Made by a program: the position numbers and the translations under genes
Shown: positions 10,426 to 22,181 of the stretch, piece by piece
Position numbering within the stretch: the stretch's first letter is position 1
Layout: each line of letters starts with the position of its first letter
Source of the DNA: a virus
Lineage: Duplodnaviria; Heunggongvirae; Uroviricota; Caudoviricetes
Direction: 5' to 3' (one strand)
IMG/VR virus record: IMGVR_UViG_3300028591_000093
Location: 144,765-169,151 of that record
DNA length: 24,387 bases
Notes under the pieces: generated by a model
Databases searched by the model: none
Told to the model about the DNA's origin: nothing
Seen by the model: the letters and a program-made list of their open reading frames with translations, nothing else

Positions 10426-13400
10426 TTAGCCATATTTTCTTACAGTTAAATTGTTAACATCTGTTGGCGTTCTACCTATAATCTGAGCTTTTTCATTACT
10501 TGCAGTACCAGCTCCTTCAAAGGTAAAATAACAATCTCTAAAGTCAAAGAATGAACCCTCTGTAGGATTTTCCAGGATGTCACCATAATCTTTTTGTTCA
10601 GGATAATAAATACCTGAATATTTAGTTACATCTAAACAGCCATGATTGTCATACCCACTTGGTCCCTCACAAACTACTGCCATAATTGGGAAGATTGTCC
10701 AGGAGTCCATTGCAGGAGTTAATGTAACACAACCAGTTTGTTCAACAGTACTAGCAAATAATGCTAATTGGCTACCAGTAATCTCACCATCACCATCCTC
10801 AACATCTTCTGCATCTGCAATTCTAGCTTGTGCTAAATTAGAACCTAAAGCATATACACCAAAGTTATACAGATTTACAGTGTAATCTTTATCAGCAGAA
10901 GAATCTTGAACTCCAAGATAAAGTACTGAATTATTTACTGCTATTTCTGTGATACCATCAGAATGTAAAGCTTCAAAAGATTTACCAGTTTTATTAGCCC
11001 AATCAAGGTTTACAATACCGTAAGTAGAAGCTTGAACAGTTCCTGCTTCAATAACACCTTCAATAGTAAAGTTAGGTACATTTATGATAATATGACCAGT
11101 GCTATCAGTAAGTGTTAAATTAGTAACATACTTATAAGCAACAATACCATTAGAAGCTTCTGCTGTAATGTTCAAAGCTAATACTGTATACTTGGAAGAT
11201 GGAGTTGTAATCATATCAGCAGTAACTGGAGATGCAACAGATGCAAATTGTTTTACATATGTCTGTCCAGTATCTGTTGTTGGAAGTGATACTCCTTGTG
11301 CAACAGTTTTACCTTTAAACTGATAGAAATAATTCTTAAATGTAACACCTTGCTTTACTTTCAATTGACTATTCTTGAAAGTATAAGGACACAGATTATG
11401 GTTAATATATCTAGTTAACTTAAATTCACCACCACTTGTTAAACCAACCAAAGAAGCTTCATGAATATCTTCAGAACTTCTCCAAACAACATAAGGAGTA
11501 AGTCTAAAATCACTCATATTCATTCTTTCAGGTTTACCACCACTTCCTAAATCATTGTATTCAGCATATGCATTACCTCTTAACAATAAGTTAGGATTAT
11601 TATTAGAAGTAAATGAACCAGAATTACTCTAGAAAGTTATCCTATATCTAGCACCTTTACAAGCATCCTGAGGAGTAACCTACATTTGAACATCTTCTGG
11701 GAAACCAAATTCACTAAATGTTTGAGAACCTTCTCTATTTCCATTAGAGAAACCAGTTGCACCTTTTCTTCCTTCAGTATTTGCAGAAGAAAGAGCACTT
11801 TCACTCCATTTATCAGTATTTAACTCATAAAGCATACCACCATAAGTAATAGATATGTCTCCACAAGCATGTAACATTTTTACTTTTGCATCTTTTGGGT
11901 GACTTAGTTTAACTAATATATTACCTTCTGGATACAAATATTTTAAAGGTTGTGGATGTTCCCAAAATCTTACATCACCTTGTAATAAGGTTTTATTAGC
12001 AGAAGGGTCAGAAGAATGTTGGCAATAAATACTGTTTTTAAAGCCTTCTGGCATTTTGTTATAGAAAGTTGTCAAGTATTTTAACAAAATTCTATCATCA
12101 TGGTTTCTTAAACCTGTTAAATAGCCGTTTGCAATCCAATTTAGTTTTTTAGAGTTTGCTTGCTGCCAGTTAGTTGTACCTAAATCCATAAGTACACTAG
12201 GATTGTCTAACTCACATCCACCAGCATTAACAAGTCCAACCCACTTCCAAGCTCTTCTACCACCAGAAGCTAAAGGTATACCATTACCAGCATCATCTGA
12301 GTTATTACCACAAGCCATCCAGTCATACCATGTACCCCAGAAAGAACATTCTCCAACATAGTGTCTAGTAGTACCAGATTGCCAGTTTCTTCTATCTTCA
12401 AAGTTAAATACTCCACCTCTGTAGTAAATGGAACCATTGTTAGTACCACCACTATTGTGGGCTTTTGTAGATTCTACTACAGGATGCCAAGCGTTCCAAT
12501 AACCATAATTATGCCAGTTTTGTTGATATGTAGAATCCTTATTAACAAAAGAACATTTTATAAAGGAGCCATCATAATCACCACTAGCATTTGACCTTAC
12601 AGAAGGCAATACTGTTGTTGAATTTAAATTTAAAGGTTGATTATTCAAATAACCCTTTTTGGAAGTACCACTACCATTAACAGCAAGATATGCATGTGGG
12701 TCACAAGACCAGTTTTGTTCTCCTGATGAACTAAATGTTAACCAAGAAGAATCAGACCTCCACATTCCATCATTAGAGTCTTTGTTATCAATAAAGTGAT
12801 AAACACCAAGGTCATACACTTTATAGAAGTACTTTTCAGCTTGCTCTTTGGATAAAGAGTTAAGTTCAGGAATAATGTTTTCACTATCACTCTTATTTAC
12901 ATCATAGTATTGAGGTAAAGTGTTGATAGTTTGATACATTGAAACTTTTATATTCTGCTGTATGTAAGAATAAGCAGGGTTATAATGTAATAAAAGTTCA
13001 TTATATCTTATTCCTAACTTAGAGTCAAGACCATAGATTCTAATTACAAGGTCTGTATCAGGGTCACTTAATTCAATTCTACAAAGAGCATTATTGTAGG
13101 TGAATGAAGTTTTTCTTGCCTCAAGTAAGCCTTTATTATTTGCTACAATGAATTCTGTACCTTCTTTGTTAGTAGCATATGTAGAAATATGCTTCTCTGT
13201 AAGCATTACTTGAATACCTACATTTTCTGCCCAACCATCTGGAACATCTGCTGTATCGTTGTCAATTCTAACTGCTTTAATATTTGGATGAGGCTCAATA
13301 GCAATATAAACTCTGTCTATCTTACATCCACAGTCAGAATGATAAAGTAATTCTTGAATTGCTACTGTACAAGTTCTATCAGCAAATTTTTCAGATAAGT

Positions 13401-14499
13401 CTGCTAATTCAATACCAGGAATAACAGTACTATAAGGCATATTGAAAGCTACACCATTGTAAATAACAGGGTTTAATCTAATGTTACTTACTTCCTTGCC
13501 TTTAAATAGAACTCCTAACTTACCAGATTGCATGTTAGGATAAGCAATAGCAATATTTCTTTTTATATATTCATTGACATCTGTACAAGCATTTTGATAA
13601 GCAGGAGACAAAGGAATATACCAAGTTGGTAAATCCTTTTGAATAAATCTGTTACCATTCTTCTCTAACCAATAGAAGTTTGTATCTTTAAACTGTACTG
13701 TCTTTACAGAAGATGCTCCTACAGATACTAAGTTACAATCTACTGTATATGGTCTCTTATTCCAATCTACTGTATAAACAATAAACTTACCCAGACCAGT
13801 ACCATCAGCTGCACTATAAGCAGCTTCTTTTTCTGCATCAGTAGCAGGATAAGTAATTGTTATTCCACTATTCAGGTCTTTCTCACCTGTTAAAGAGTTC
13901 TTTAAATCAGTAGCAGATAAAGGAGTAATAGAACCATAACCTTGTTGTGCTGCTGTTAAATATGGTGCACTATCTTGTACACTTAAAAAGAGGATGAATT
14001 GGTCTCCTACATTAAACACTTTCTCTTCACCAGTACCTGTCATACTTTGAAGTACAATAGGAATAGGTTTAATTCTAGTCTCATGCTTTACATAAGTATC
14101 AAAGCTATTCTTGTTAAAGTTATTATCCAAGACATCCCTGATATGCCAATCATCTTCACTGTTATAGTTAGCTACATATTCTGCATTATTATAAGTAATA
14201 ATAGGACTTGGAATACTACCTAACTCACACTCACCATTCTAATTAACAGAAGCAATATAGAGCACACCACCATGCTCTTTCATACCAACAGGAATAAAGC
14301 CAGGATGTAGGCCCATAATCTTACCTGTCCTGGAATCCACAATCCTGGTATTACCCATATCATTTTGCAGAGAAGTTTCATTACCATTATAAGTAATAAA
14401 AGTAGCATTCAGTGCATCTGTATAAGTATCTTTACCAGTGTTTAAGGGGTGTAAGTCTTTTATCAATCCCCCTGAGAAAGCTTGTGTTGTATTTTCCAT
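10426..14499 (-). CDS. Large tail-associated structural protein, 1357 aa (code 15)
   Basis: Track ORFs 14239-14499, 11680-14130 and 10426-11586 join in one frame through 3 TAGs and end in TAA. The N-terminus (FSGGLIKDLHP...DALNATFITYNGNE..LQNDMGN) resembles the start of tail-stabilization proteins. The centre is rich in Trp/Asn/Gly. Confidence 0.65.
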
Positions 14500-15451
14500 A
14501 TTTATTTTTGCCTACAAATTCAGCTTTAGTTGTTATCAGTTTAGGATACCAAACTCTAAAACCTAAGTCTTTAGGAGCAGGTACCCTCCATATATATTTT
14601 ACAAGTTTATCATGATAAAGTTCAGATTTCACTTTAGTAAGCGTTACAGATTTAAATTCCTTTGTACCACCTTGCTGTACTACTTTCTAATGTTGAGTAG
14701 AAGTACAGCCAATATAATAGTACTTATCCCACACTTTTCTCTAAATCCTAAAGAGAAATCTTTCTTTCATTCTCCACTTAAACATAGCATGGTCAAACCA
14801 TGCAAGGGCATTTAAAAATAATTTGCCAGTAAACATGAAGGTGTTATCTCTAGAATCACAAGTAAACACATCACATTTCTTATGATTAACATACCAATAC
14901 ATTCTTAAACCATAAGTAAGAATCTTTTTAATCTCTTCTTTGGTAAAAATAGTATGCTTTTTCTAAACATCTTCAACATAATCCTCAACAGTCTTATAAT
15001 CTCCAGCACCAAATTTCTTGCCGCTGTTCTGTGCATCAAGCAATTCTCTTTTTAGCTAGGAGTTAATATAAATAGGTTTATTATAATCCTAATAGACTGT
15101 TCTCCATTTTAAACAGACTCTATACCCAGTAAAATTAGTTGCAACATAATCAACCCCTTCAAAACCACCTAATTGTCTAGCTCTCTTAAATTCCTCACCA
15201 GTAAAAGGATGAACTTCAATCCATGCTCTAGTGCCAGGAGGTAATTTAAATGCTATATTTTGCCTAACAATCTCAGGTAGAACTAATCTAAAAAGGTCTC
15301 TGAGAACTAAGGCAAGTATGGCTTGAGAATCTAAATCATACACTGCCTCAGCTTTTTCCTCAGAAATTCTTAACTTTTTAAAATTAAAGTTGGTATATAA
15401 GTCACTAAAATGGACACTGTAACTTACTGGATAAACAGGTCCTTCATACAT
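14432..15451 (-). CDS. Basic 339-aa protein, possibly IHF/HU-like (code 15)
   Basis: Track ORF 15089-15451 reads through 5 TAGs into ORF 14432-14632 (checked codon by codon). The helical segment KTVEDYVEDVQKKHTIFTKEEIKKILTYG and the position between ring and tail genes suggest the crAss IHF-like gene. The CDS is solid; the function is weak. Confidence 0.55.
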
Positions 15452-15453
15452 TA

Positions 15454-16155
15454 TTAGTGTGCAATATGGGCACTAATCCCATACAATTTTCTGTTATAAG
15501 ATGTTTGTACATCAAGTACTTCATCAATAACATTTTGGTTAATATGTTCAGGAATTCTTGCAAGCTAACACAACTTAATCCATTCCTGTTTTTCTGCTTG
15601 AGCTAGTTGGAATGTAGAGGCATCCCTTGTTAACCTAGCTTGTTTAAAATCTTCTGAATATGCACAATACATGGCGATTGCCTACATCTCTCTTTCTGTA
15701 AGATAAGGCAATTCTTTCTCATCCATATAGTGTCCAAGATAGTAAAGATGAACTTCACCATAATTTTTATTGAACACTAACTTATCACCCAAATCTTCAA
15801 AAAGTGCAAATTCATTATGTGTATATAAACGATGAGAATTTCTTCTCCTTAATTCAATATCAGACTCAATTGAGTATGCACCACCTGCATACCATTCATG
15901 AGTAGTAGTAAGCTCTTTAACATCTAAAAACTTAGTTGTTACCGCTTCTATATAAACAAGGTTACATGGTTTATAAACATACCACCCTTCAGGCCCTTTT
16001 TGAACTTTTAATACAGTATGATACATCCTAGTATCTTTGTTCCCTATTTTATTGAAGGCTACCATACCTATGGTTTCAAATGTATCCTCATCTAAATCAA
16101 CACCATAAAGGTCATTAGCCAAAGCTAATGCTGAATAAAAATTATATTTTTTCAT
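15454..16155 (-). CDS. Putative tail ring/tubular protein, 233 aa (code 15)
   Basis: ORF 15682-16155 continues through 2 TAGs (…EREM(Q)AIAMYCAYSEDFK…) to TAA at 15454, just before the next ATG at 15451. Function from gene order. Confidence 0.65.
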
Positions 16156-16820
16156 TATTTAGGAACTTGATTATTTGGCATTGGTGGTTGCCAGTATTGT
16201 TTATAATATGATAGGTATTTTTGAGTTAACCTTCTTTCAACTTCATTATTTATAGCAGAGAAGTTTTCAGAATCTGCTAAATCACAACAACCCCATTCTG
16301 CAACTTGTCTAGGGTCTTTAAAGATAGCTTCAACTGAGATTATCTCTAACATTGGAGCATTAAAAACCCAGCCATCATAAAGATTGTCTGCATTAGGAGT
16401 AGTGTCAATATAGACATAAGGAGATTTGCTTCTTCTCATTCTATATTTGTGGAACCTAAAGTTCTTATTTGTATATACCTTGAAAGGTATTTGCTTATCA
16501 ACTGTACCAATGTAAACAATGCCCTCATCCCCAAAGTCATTGATTATTTGTGGAATCTGAAAATGCTGTTCAGGTTGGGAATAATCCCCAGAACAACATT
16601 TATCCAGAGACTTACAGTCTAACTTAATACAGTTGATTGCATATGTTAAATCCTTTACAGGAATAAGATTTCTTTTTGAGTACTCTTGTATAACTTGTAA
16701 TCTTTCTGCTACTACAGCATCTTCTAATTGTTCAATGGAGATGTTAAGCGTAGCATTATAACCACTTAATCCACTGACAACATTATTATACACAGCACTT
16801 GCTAATTTGCTTACATTCAT
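16155..16820 (-). CDS. Putative ring (neck/tail) structural protein, 221 aa
   Basis: Intact ORF with no TAG; TAATG coupling to the next gene; contains SVEAIFKDPRQV, similar to crAss ring proteins as I recall them. Confidence 0.65.
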   Translation of the reverse strand: MNVSKLASAVYNNVVSGLSGYNATLNISIEQLEDAVVAERLQVIQEYSKRNLIPVKDLTYAINCIKLDCKSLDKCCSGDYSQPEQHFQIPQIINDFGDEGIVYIGTVDKQIPFKVYTNKNFRFHKYRMRRSKSPYVYIDTTPNADNLYDGWVFNAPMLEIISVEAIFKDPRQVAEWGCCDLADSENFSAINNEVERRLTQKYLSYYKQYWQPPMPNNQVPK

Positions 16821-16827
16821 ACCAATA

Positions 16828-16872
16828 TAAATAAAGAAAGGGAGACAGGTAGATTACTCCACCTACCTCCCT
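16828..16872 (-). terminator. Rho-independent terminator
   Basis: Minus strand AGGGAGGTAGGTGGA-GTAA-TCTACCTGTCTCCCT (with G-U pairs) followed by TTCTTTATTT, downstream of the 296-aa gene. Confidence 0.85.
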
Positions 16873-16896
16873 TATTAAGATTTAGGACTAAATATC

Positions 16897-17787
16897 TTAT
16901 GCTACAACAACTTCAGCAGTGTTGCCATTTACTGTCTTAATGGCAGCAATCAAAGCAGCAGTAGAAGCAGTAGGAACATATACTACAGTATAAACTCTAG
17001 ATACAGCCAACTGACTAACTACACCGTGAGCAACACTCTGTCTGTCTGTATCAACAGACCAGCTTACTTGGTCATAGAGAGTGCCAGGAACAGGATATTC
17101 TCCTCTGAAAGCAGCACCATCACCAAATGGGTGAACATTCTGTGTGGTAGGCAGAATAGCATCCTTAACTAATCTCTTGTAGGTACCAAGTCCTTCATCA
17201 CCATGTACCCAGCTAGTGTAAACAGAGCTATCGAGCAAGTTAAGACTTGCTTCAGGTCTAGCAGCAAGGTCATTGCCATAGACATTAACCTTAACTTCTT
17301 TCAGTCTCTGATAGCAGTCAACAGCTTCAATAGTAACAGCAGCACCACTAGCACTTACTTTGATGATTTCATAACCAGCCATGTCAGCAGCTTTCTTGAA
17401 GATAGCAGCCAGCTTAGGCATAGCAGTAGCAAGAGTATCAGTTGCACTACATACAAGAGTAGCAGTCAGAGGTTTATCTCTATCTGGCATTCTTGTGTTA
17501 TCTTCAGAAGCGTTCAAACCTTCTCTAGTGTAGTTAACAAACAACTCAAGCACCTTACCAGCACCAAGTGTTAAACCACTAACAGTAGCAATCAGCTTTT
17601 CTTTAGCTTCAGCTCTACCTGCTCTCTTAGCCAAGTTCTTTACAGAACCATTGTTGAGCAGCTGTCCAAGACCAGGAATACTGATACTTGCAACAGCAGA
17701 AGTAGCATCTGCTGGGTCTACATGAGCAGTACTAATTGCTGTAACATCATCAGCTGTCAGAATGGCAAATTTCTTAAATTCATTCAT
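16897..17787 (-). CDS. Abundant structural protein (possible auxiliary capsid protein), 296 aa
   Basis: Intact ORF, Ala/Val/Thr-rich, no TAG, followed by a terminator like the MCP. Function inferred from position. Confidence 0.6.
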   Translation of the reverse strand: MNEFKKFAILTADDVTAISTAHVDPADATSAVASISIPGLGQLLNNGSVKNLAKRAGRAEAKEKLIATVSGLTLGAGKVLELFVNYTREGLNASEDNTRMPDRDKPLTATLVCSATDTLATAMPKLAAIFKKAADMAGYEIIKVSASGAAVTIEAVDCYQRLKEVKVNVYGNDLAARPEASLNLLDSSVYTSWVHGDEGLGTYKRLVKDAILPTTQNVHPFGDGAAFRGEYPVPGTLYDQVSWSVDTDRQSVAHGVVSQLAVSRVYTVVYVPTASTAALIAAIKTVNGNTAEVVVA

Positions 17788-17825
17788 CGCTTAAAATATA
17801 TGATAGGTATTAAAACCAATGCTTA

Positions 17826-18641
17826 TTATCTTTGTTGTGGGATAGGTTGATTGGTTGCTACATGAGTCTACAACCTTGCATCTTTAGCATTTTCCAATGC
17901 AATCATAACTATCTTATTGATTATCTTATATTGCATCCCAATTGGGAATTCTAATGTTGCTGAAGTATCTCCAACAGCATCTATTTCATCTTGTGTGAGC
18001 TGCATTTGTATTGGAGCTCTAAGGTAATCTACAAAAACTTTATTTAACCTATATCTTCTATTATTGCCAAACTTCAGTTCCATTACTGGAAGAGAAGTAT
18101 TGGCATAATTTCTAGAACCTACAGTGTCATCAGTAGTATTACTTAATACAACAGGCTCATCTATATTAGAAATATAATAGTATGGTCTTTTGACAGATGG
18201 CTTCATATAGTAATTGGAGTGAATAGAAGGCCACTGATTAGAAGTAACTTTGTTAGCTGTTATTTGGAAGATTGAAGGATGAGTTGCCTCACATTTACAA
18301 TCTTTTTGATTTAAATCCTCAAATTCAAATATGCAATTTAAAATATGCATATAGTCTTTTGGTAAATGAATGTAGTATCTATCAGTCCCAGTAAAGATAG
18401 GGTCTGAATTAGAACCTTTCTCAATTACTAGTGGGCTGCTACCACCATAAACAACAGTCTTAGCAAGTACTCTTAATTCATCAGTGTTCTTCTGTTCAAC
18501 TTCAAAGGCTTGATAAGCCTCTTCAATAACTTGCTGTACAGCCTTGTTATAGAAGTACTCATAGTCCTTCAACAGTAAGGCTGGTGCCTGAACTTTGTTA
18601 AGTTCTGTGAGCACATTTCTATAAACTTCAAGTTCTGTCAT
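17826..18641 (-). CDS. Putative ring/head-tail adaptor structural protein, 271 aa (code 15)
   Basis: Reads through one TAG (ENAKDARL(Q)THVATNQ) to TAA at 17826. Contains HLPKDYMHILNC and VDYLRAP motifs. Second gene after the MCP. Confidence 0.65.
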
Positions 18642-18650
18642 AAGAAATTA

Positions 18651-19505
18651 TTATTTACTAGTTCTTGTAGTCTTTTTAACAGGCTCATATTCAGGATATG
18701 CAGCCTTCTTTATTTCTTCGTAAACAGCCTGATAAGAATCTTGTGACAACATTCTAGCTGCTGCCTCAATGTCTTTTCCAAGCATTGTATCTCCATAGTA
18801 GAGCAGACCTCTGATTCTAGTTACTACTCCAGCTTCAACAGCTTTAGTAACAACAATAATCACATTAGTAATAGGATTCTCATAGAGGTCAATAATCTTG
18901 TTCGGGTCTTTACCAGCTTCTCTAAGCAGGAAGGCTTTGATGTCATAGCTAGATTGTCTCTCCATACCATCTCTACCTAACAATTTGCACTTAGAAATCA
19001 TGTCCTCAATACTATCATTTTGATAAATAAGGGATTTAGCCTTAAAGATTAACTCATCTCTCTTAACTCTGGCTTCTGCCATCTTACCTGGTTTGTAAAT
19101 GTAGAACTCAGCTGCACCAAGTCTACCCTTGGCATTACCATGCTCATCTACTACACTATCAGGACCATCAATCAGATAACCATCAACACCTCTTTCAGCT
19201 CTGTCTTTAGCAATAGCTCTGGAATACTTAATAGCTTCCCATTCAGCTGCATCCTTGAGAACACCAAGATTGAACTCCTTATTATGGTAAATCTCAATGA
19301 GGTCATCTGTACCGATGAAATAAACTTTGCCTTTAGACTGAGCTTCCAAATCAGAACTGGAAAGAATTAACTTACCATGCTCATCTCTAGGTCTTATAAA
19401 ATCAGGATATTCCCCAGAAACAGGGTTCTTACAAGGTTGAAGAAGGAGCTTTCTACCTGACTTATCATAAGCATCCTTCAAAATAATAATTTCATTACTA
19501 ACCAT
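18651..19505 (-). CDS. Conserved crAss-like capsid-module protein downstream of the MCP, 284 aa
   Basis: Intact ORF directly after the MCP terminator; C-terminal KAVEAGVV...LYYGDTMLGKDIEAA segment; function not determined. Confidence 0.7.
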   Translation of the reverse strand: MVSNEIIILKDAYDKSGRKLLLQPCKNPVSGEYPDFIRPRDEHGKLILSSSDLEAQSKGKVYFIGTDDLIEIYHNKEFNLGVLKDAAEWEAIKYSRAIAKDRAERGVDGYLIDGPDSVVDEHGNAKGRLGAAEFYIYKPGKMAEARVKRDELIFKAKSLIYQNDSIEDMISKCKLLGRDGMERQSSYDIKAFLLREAGKDPNKIIDLYENPITNVIIVVTKAVEAGVVTRIRGLLYYGDTMLGKDIEAAARMLSQDSYQAVYEEIKKAAYPEYEPVKKTTRTSK

Positions 19506-19525
19506 AAACTTATAAACATTTTCTA

Positions 19526-19575
19526 AAAATAAAAAGGAAGGGAGGCAGGGTATCTAACCCCACCATCCCTTACCT
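19526..19575 (-). terminator. Rho-independent terminator after the MCP
   Basis: Imperfect GC-rich stem AGGTAAGGGATGGTGGGGT-TAGAT-ACCCTGCCTCCCTTCCT followed by TTTTATTTTT on the minus strand. Confidence 0.75.
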
Positions 19576-19599
19576 AAAAAAGGACATCATCTAAGAGAA

Positions 19600-21006
19600 T
19601 TAGTTCTCAAAGATAATAACACTTCTGTATGGGTTGAAGACACCAAGGCCTGCATAACCACTGACAGTCAACTTAGCACCAGCAACAGGGCTAGCAGCAG
19701 GACCATCCTTGAATGCAACACCAGTTACATCGTTAGAGATGAACTCTTTACCCTTGATAGTAAATCCTTGCATTGCAGGACTACCAGTAGTAGCATCAGC
19801 TGTCAGGTCAATGAGAACACCATAACCCTTATCTTCCCATTCAGCATCAAGAGCCTTATCAGTCTTGAAGATGAGAGTATTACCCATGTAAGAGTAACCT
19901 ACAAATTCAGCACCGACAGTAATCTTGTTACCAGCTGCCTTAGAATAGATATAGGTGTTATCTGCCTGGAATTGCTGTAACCACAAGAGTAATGTGTCTT
20001 GGATGTCAGCATACATCTTAGTGTTTACAATGAATGTCCAAGTGTTACCAGTGGACTTCTTGCACTTTTGACCCAGAATCTGAATCATTCTCTTGAACAG
20101 AGCAACAGAGAAGTTACCATTGTAACCAATCTTAGTTGCAAATCTGTTAATTTGAGCCATCAGACCATCACCAGCAATCAGAGGTCTACCTTCTCTATCA
20201 AACAGAGTGCACTTACCATTAGCATCCATAGTGGACTTTTGCCACATCAGAGACTCATTCTTAGCATGAGTAAAGTTCTCAAGCAAGAGTTTCTTCTTGT
20301 CATCCAACTTATAGATTCTAGTTTGCAGGTTGTGCTCATCAGTACCAGCAGCAATCTTGATGAACATATCCTCCAGAGCATCATATCTCGAAGAATAGTT
20401 AATATCATTTCTGTGCTCAGTAATGTAGTTTCTCTGCTTTTCTACATTGGAGGTATACTTGGTGAAGCCCATTTCATGGAACTCAGGCATGATGTTACCA
20501 ATCCATCTTGTCTTCATACCTACTTGGCAGTAAGAAGCATCAAGAACTTGTGCACCATCATTAGTCACCAACTTAACCTGATAAGTCCAATAGTCATCAG
20601 CTCTTCTTACAGGAGCATCAACTACCAAACACATTTGGTGAGAGCCATCAATCTTGAAGGTATCATAAGTTTCATACCATCTCTCCTTGAAGGCCATTGT
20701 GATTTCAGAGCCATATTGTCCATCACCTACAGGCACTGCTGCAAAGGCAATTTTCTTAATTTGCTCTGTTTCTACAGCCCATTCAAAGGACATGCTATTG
20801 ATAGCCTGGAACTTGTTACCAAGTTTTTCCTCGTTGTACATGATATTACCAAGACCCTCAGTGAGGAAGGTAATAGTGTAATCTGGATTCATTCTGGATA
20901 CAATACCAAGTCTAGCGGGCTGATTACCAAGGAATTTGTAGAAATCCTCAGCAGTTCTGTCTGCTGAAATCTCTGCCTTGTTAGTTGTAAATTGCGCTAC
21001 AATCAT
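19600..21006 (-). CDS. Major capsid protein (Crassvirales type), 468 aa
   Basis: Size, position after an acidic scaffold-like gene, downstream terminator, absence of TAG, and motifs such as FEWAVE, VRRADDYWTYQVKL, GRPLIAGDGLMAQI and GLGVFNPYRS that I recognise as crAss-like MCP. Confidence 0.88.
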   Translation of the reverse strand: MIVAQFTTNKAEISADRTAEDFYKFLGNQPARLGIVSRMNPDYTITFLTEGLGNIMYNEEKLGNKFQAINSMSFEWAVETEQIKKIAFAAVPVGDGQYGSEITMAFKERWYETYDTFKIDGSHQMCLVVDAPVRRADDYWTYQVKLVTNDGAQVLDASYCQVGMKTRWIGNIMPEFHEMGFTKYTSNVEKQRNYITEHRNDINYSSRYDALEDMFIKIAAGTDEHNLQTRIYKLDDKKKLLLENFTHAKNESLMWQKSTMDANGKCTLFDREGRPLIAGDGLMAQINRFATKIGYNGNFSVALFKRMIQILGQKCKKSTGNTWTFIVNTKMYADIQDTLLLWLQQFQADNTYIYSKAAGNKITVGAEFVGYSYMGNTLIFKTDKALDAEWEDKGYGVLIDLTADATTGSPAMQGFTIKGKEFISNDVTGVAFKDGPAASPVAGAKLTVSGYAGLGVFNPYRSVIIFEN

Positions 21007-21016
21007 GAATTATATA

Positions 21017-22144
21017 TTATGAGATTAAACCTAATGCTCTCAACTCAGCTTCCTGTTGGAGCTTTGTAAGCTCTTCTTTAGTAGGAGGCGTCTTGGGAGT
21101 ACTTGTTGGAGGGGTTGTAACAGGAGGTTTAGGATTTTTAGGTTCCTGTGGCTTCTGTTGTTGCCCTGCCTTTTTAGCTTCAGCTTGGAAGTATTTAATC
21201 ATATCTTCCACAGCCTCTTCTCCATGTGTCATTAACCAAGCAATTTTAATCTGATTTTTTGGGTCTTGCATATCCTTTTGGAATTGACTAAGCCCATTTT
21301 CATCAGCTTGAAGATAGTATGCCATAGCATCATTTCTATCCTCATCAGTGAGAACAGCACCAAAGATGTCTGTAGTTTCACCAGCTGCTTGATTCAATGC
21401 TTGTACATATCTCTGTGTCTCAGCCTACATCTTTTCTTCATTAGCCTTGGCCTGCATCTCTCTGTAGGAACTCTCTTCCTCAAGCATAACCTTTCTCAAG
21501 GCATCAGCTTTTTGTTTGAACAGCTCTTCATTTTCCTTCTCTTTATCTACAAGAGATTGATACTGTTCATCAGTCAGAGCATCCTTATATCTAGTTTTAT
21601 AATCATTGAGAACTAACTCTTCATCACTCATATCCTTAACAGATACATATTCAGCAGAGTTATTTCTCTTATATTCCTCAATAGCTGCATCCACATGACT
21701 CTTTAAGAGTTGCTGTAAGTTAATACCTTTAGTTCTTAAAAGATTAACTGTGTTCAACTCTTCTTCTGTCAAGTTAGAACCTCTATCTTGTGAGAGAATA
21801 CTGAGTTTATCTTCTTCTGATAAATCATCAAAGTTAGCTTCTTCATAAGCTCCCTTGTCATTGATGAAATACACTTTCTTGTCCTTGAAACCTTTAGCTT
21901 CTAACAACTTGTCAATTAAACTTGGCTCAGTTGGAGGCTCTGCTGGAGGAGTAGTAGGCTCCTGAGGTGGCTCCTGTGGGGGAGTCTGAGGAGGTTCTGG
22001 CTCCTGAGGAGGTTCTGGACTTGCTGGACTAGGTTCAGCAGGAGGAGGAGTCTGTGGTTGTGCAGGCTCCTGTGGTGGCTCTGGATTGTTATTCCAGTCA
22101 GCCAATAACTCTTGTTCAAGAGTTGGGTCAACAAAAAAATCCAT
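21017..22144 (-). CDS. Acidic scaffold-like protein upstream of the MCP, 375 aa (code 15)
   Basis: ORFs 21425-22144 and 21017-21397 join through one TAG. Acidic and helical with Pro/Glu/Gln-rich linkers; ends 10 nt before the MCP start. Confidence 0.7.
21920..22085 (-). repeat. Degenerate coding repeats (PPQEP/PPAEP) in the scaffold-like gene
   Basis: Recurring GGCTCCTG(T/A)GG units on the + strand, encoding EPPQEPAQPQTPPPAEPSPASPEPPQEPEPPQTPPQEPPQEP. Confidence 0.75.
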
Positions 22145-22181
22145 AAAACTTATAAAACATTTAGATTAACATCATTTGTGG

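Noticed and set aside
19999-20967. 322-aa plus-strand ORF
   Set aside because: Antisense shadow of the MCP caused by codon bias; no recognisable motif or expression signal.
45-21616. Short plus-strand ORFs and nested minus-strand ORFs in the track
   Set aside because: All overlap longer code-15 genes and show no independent coding evidence.
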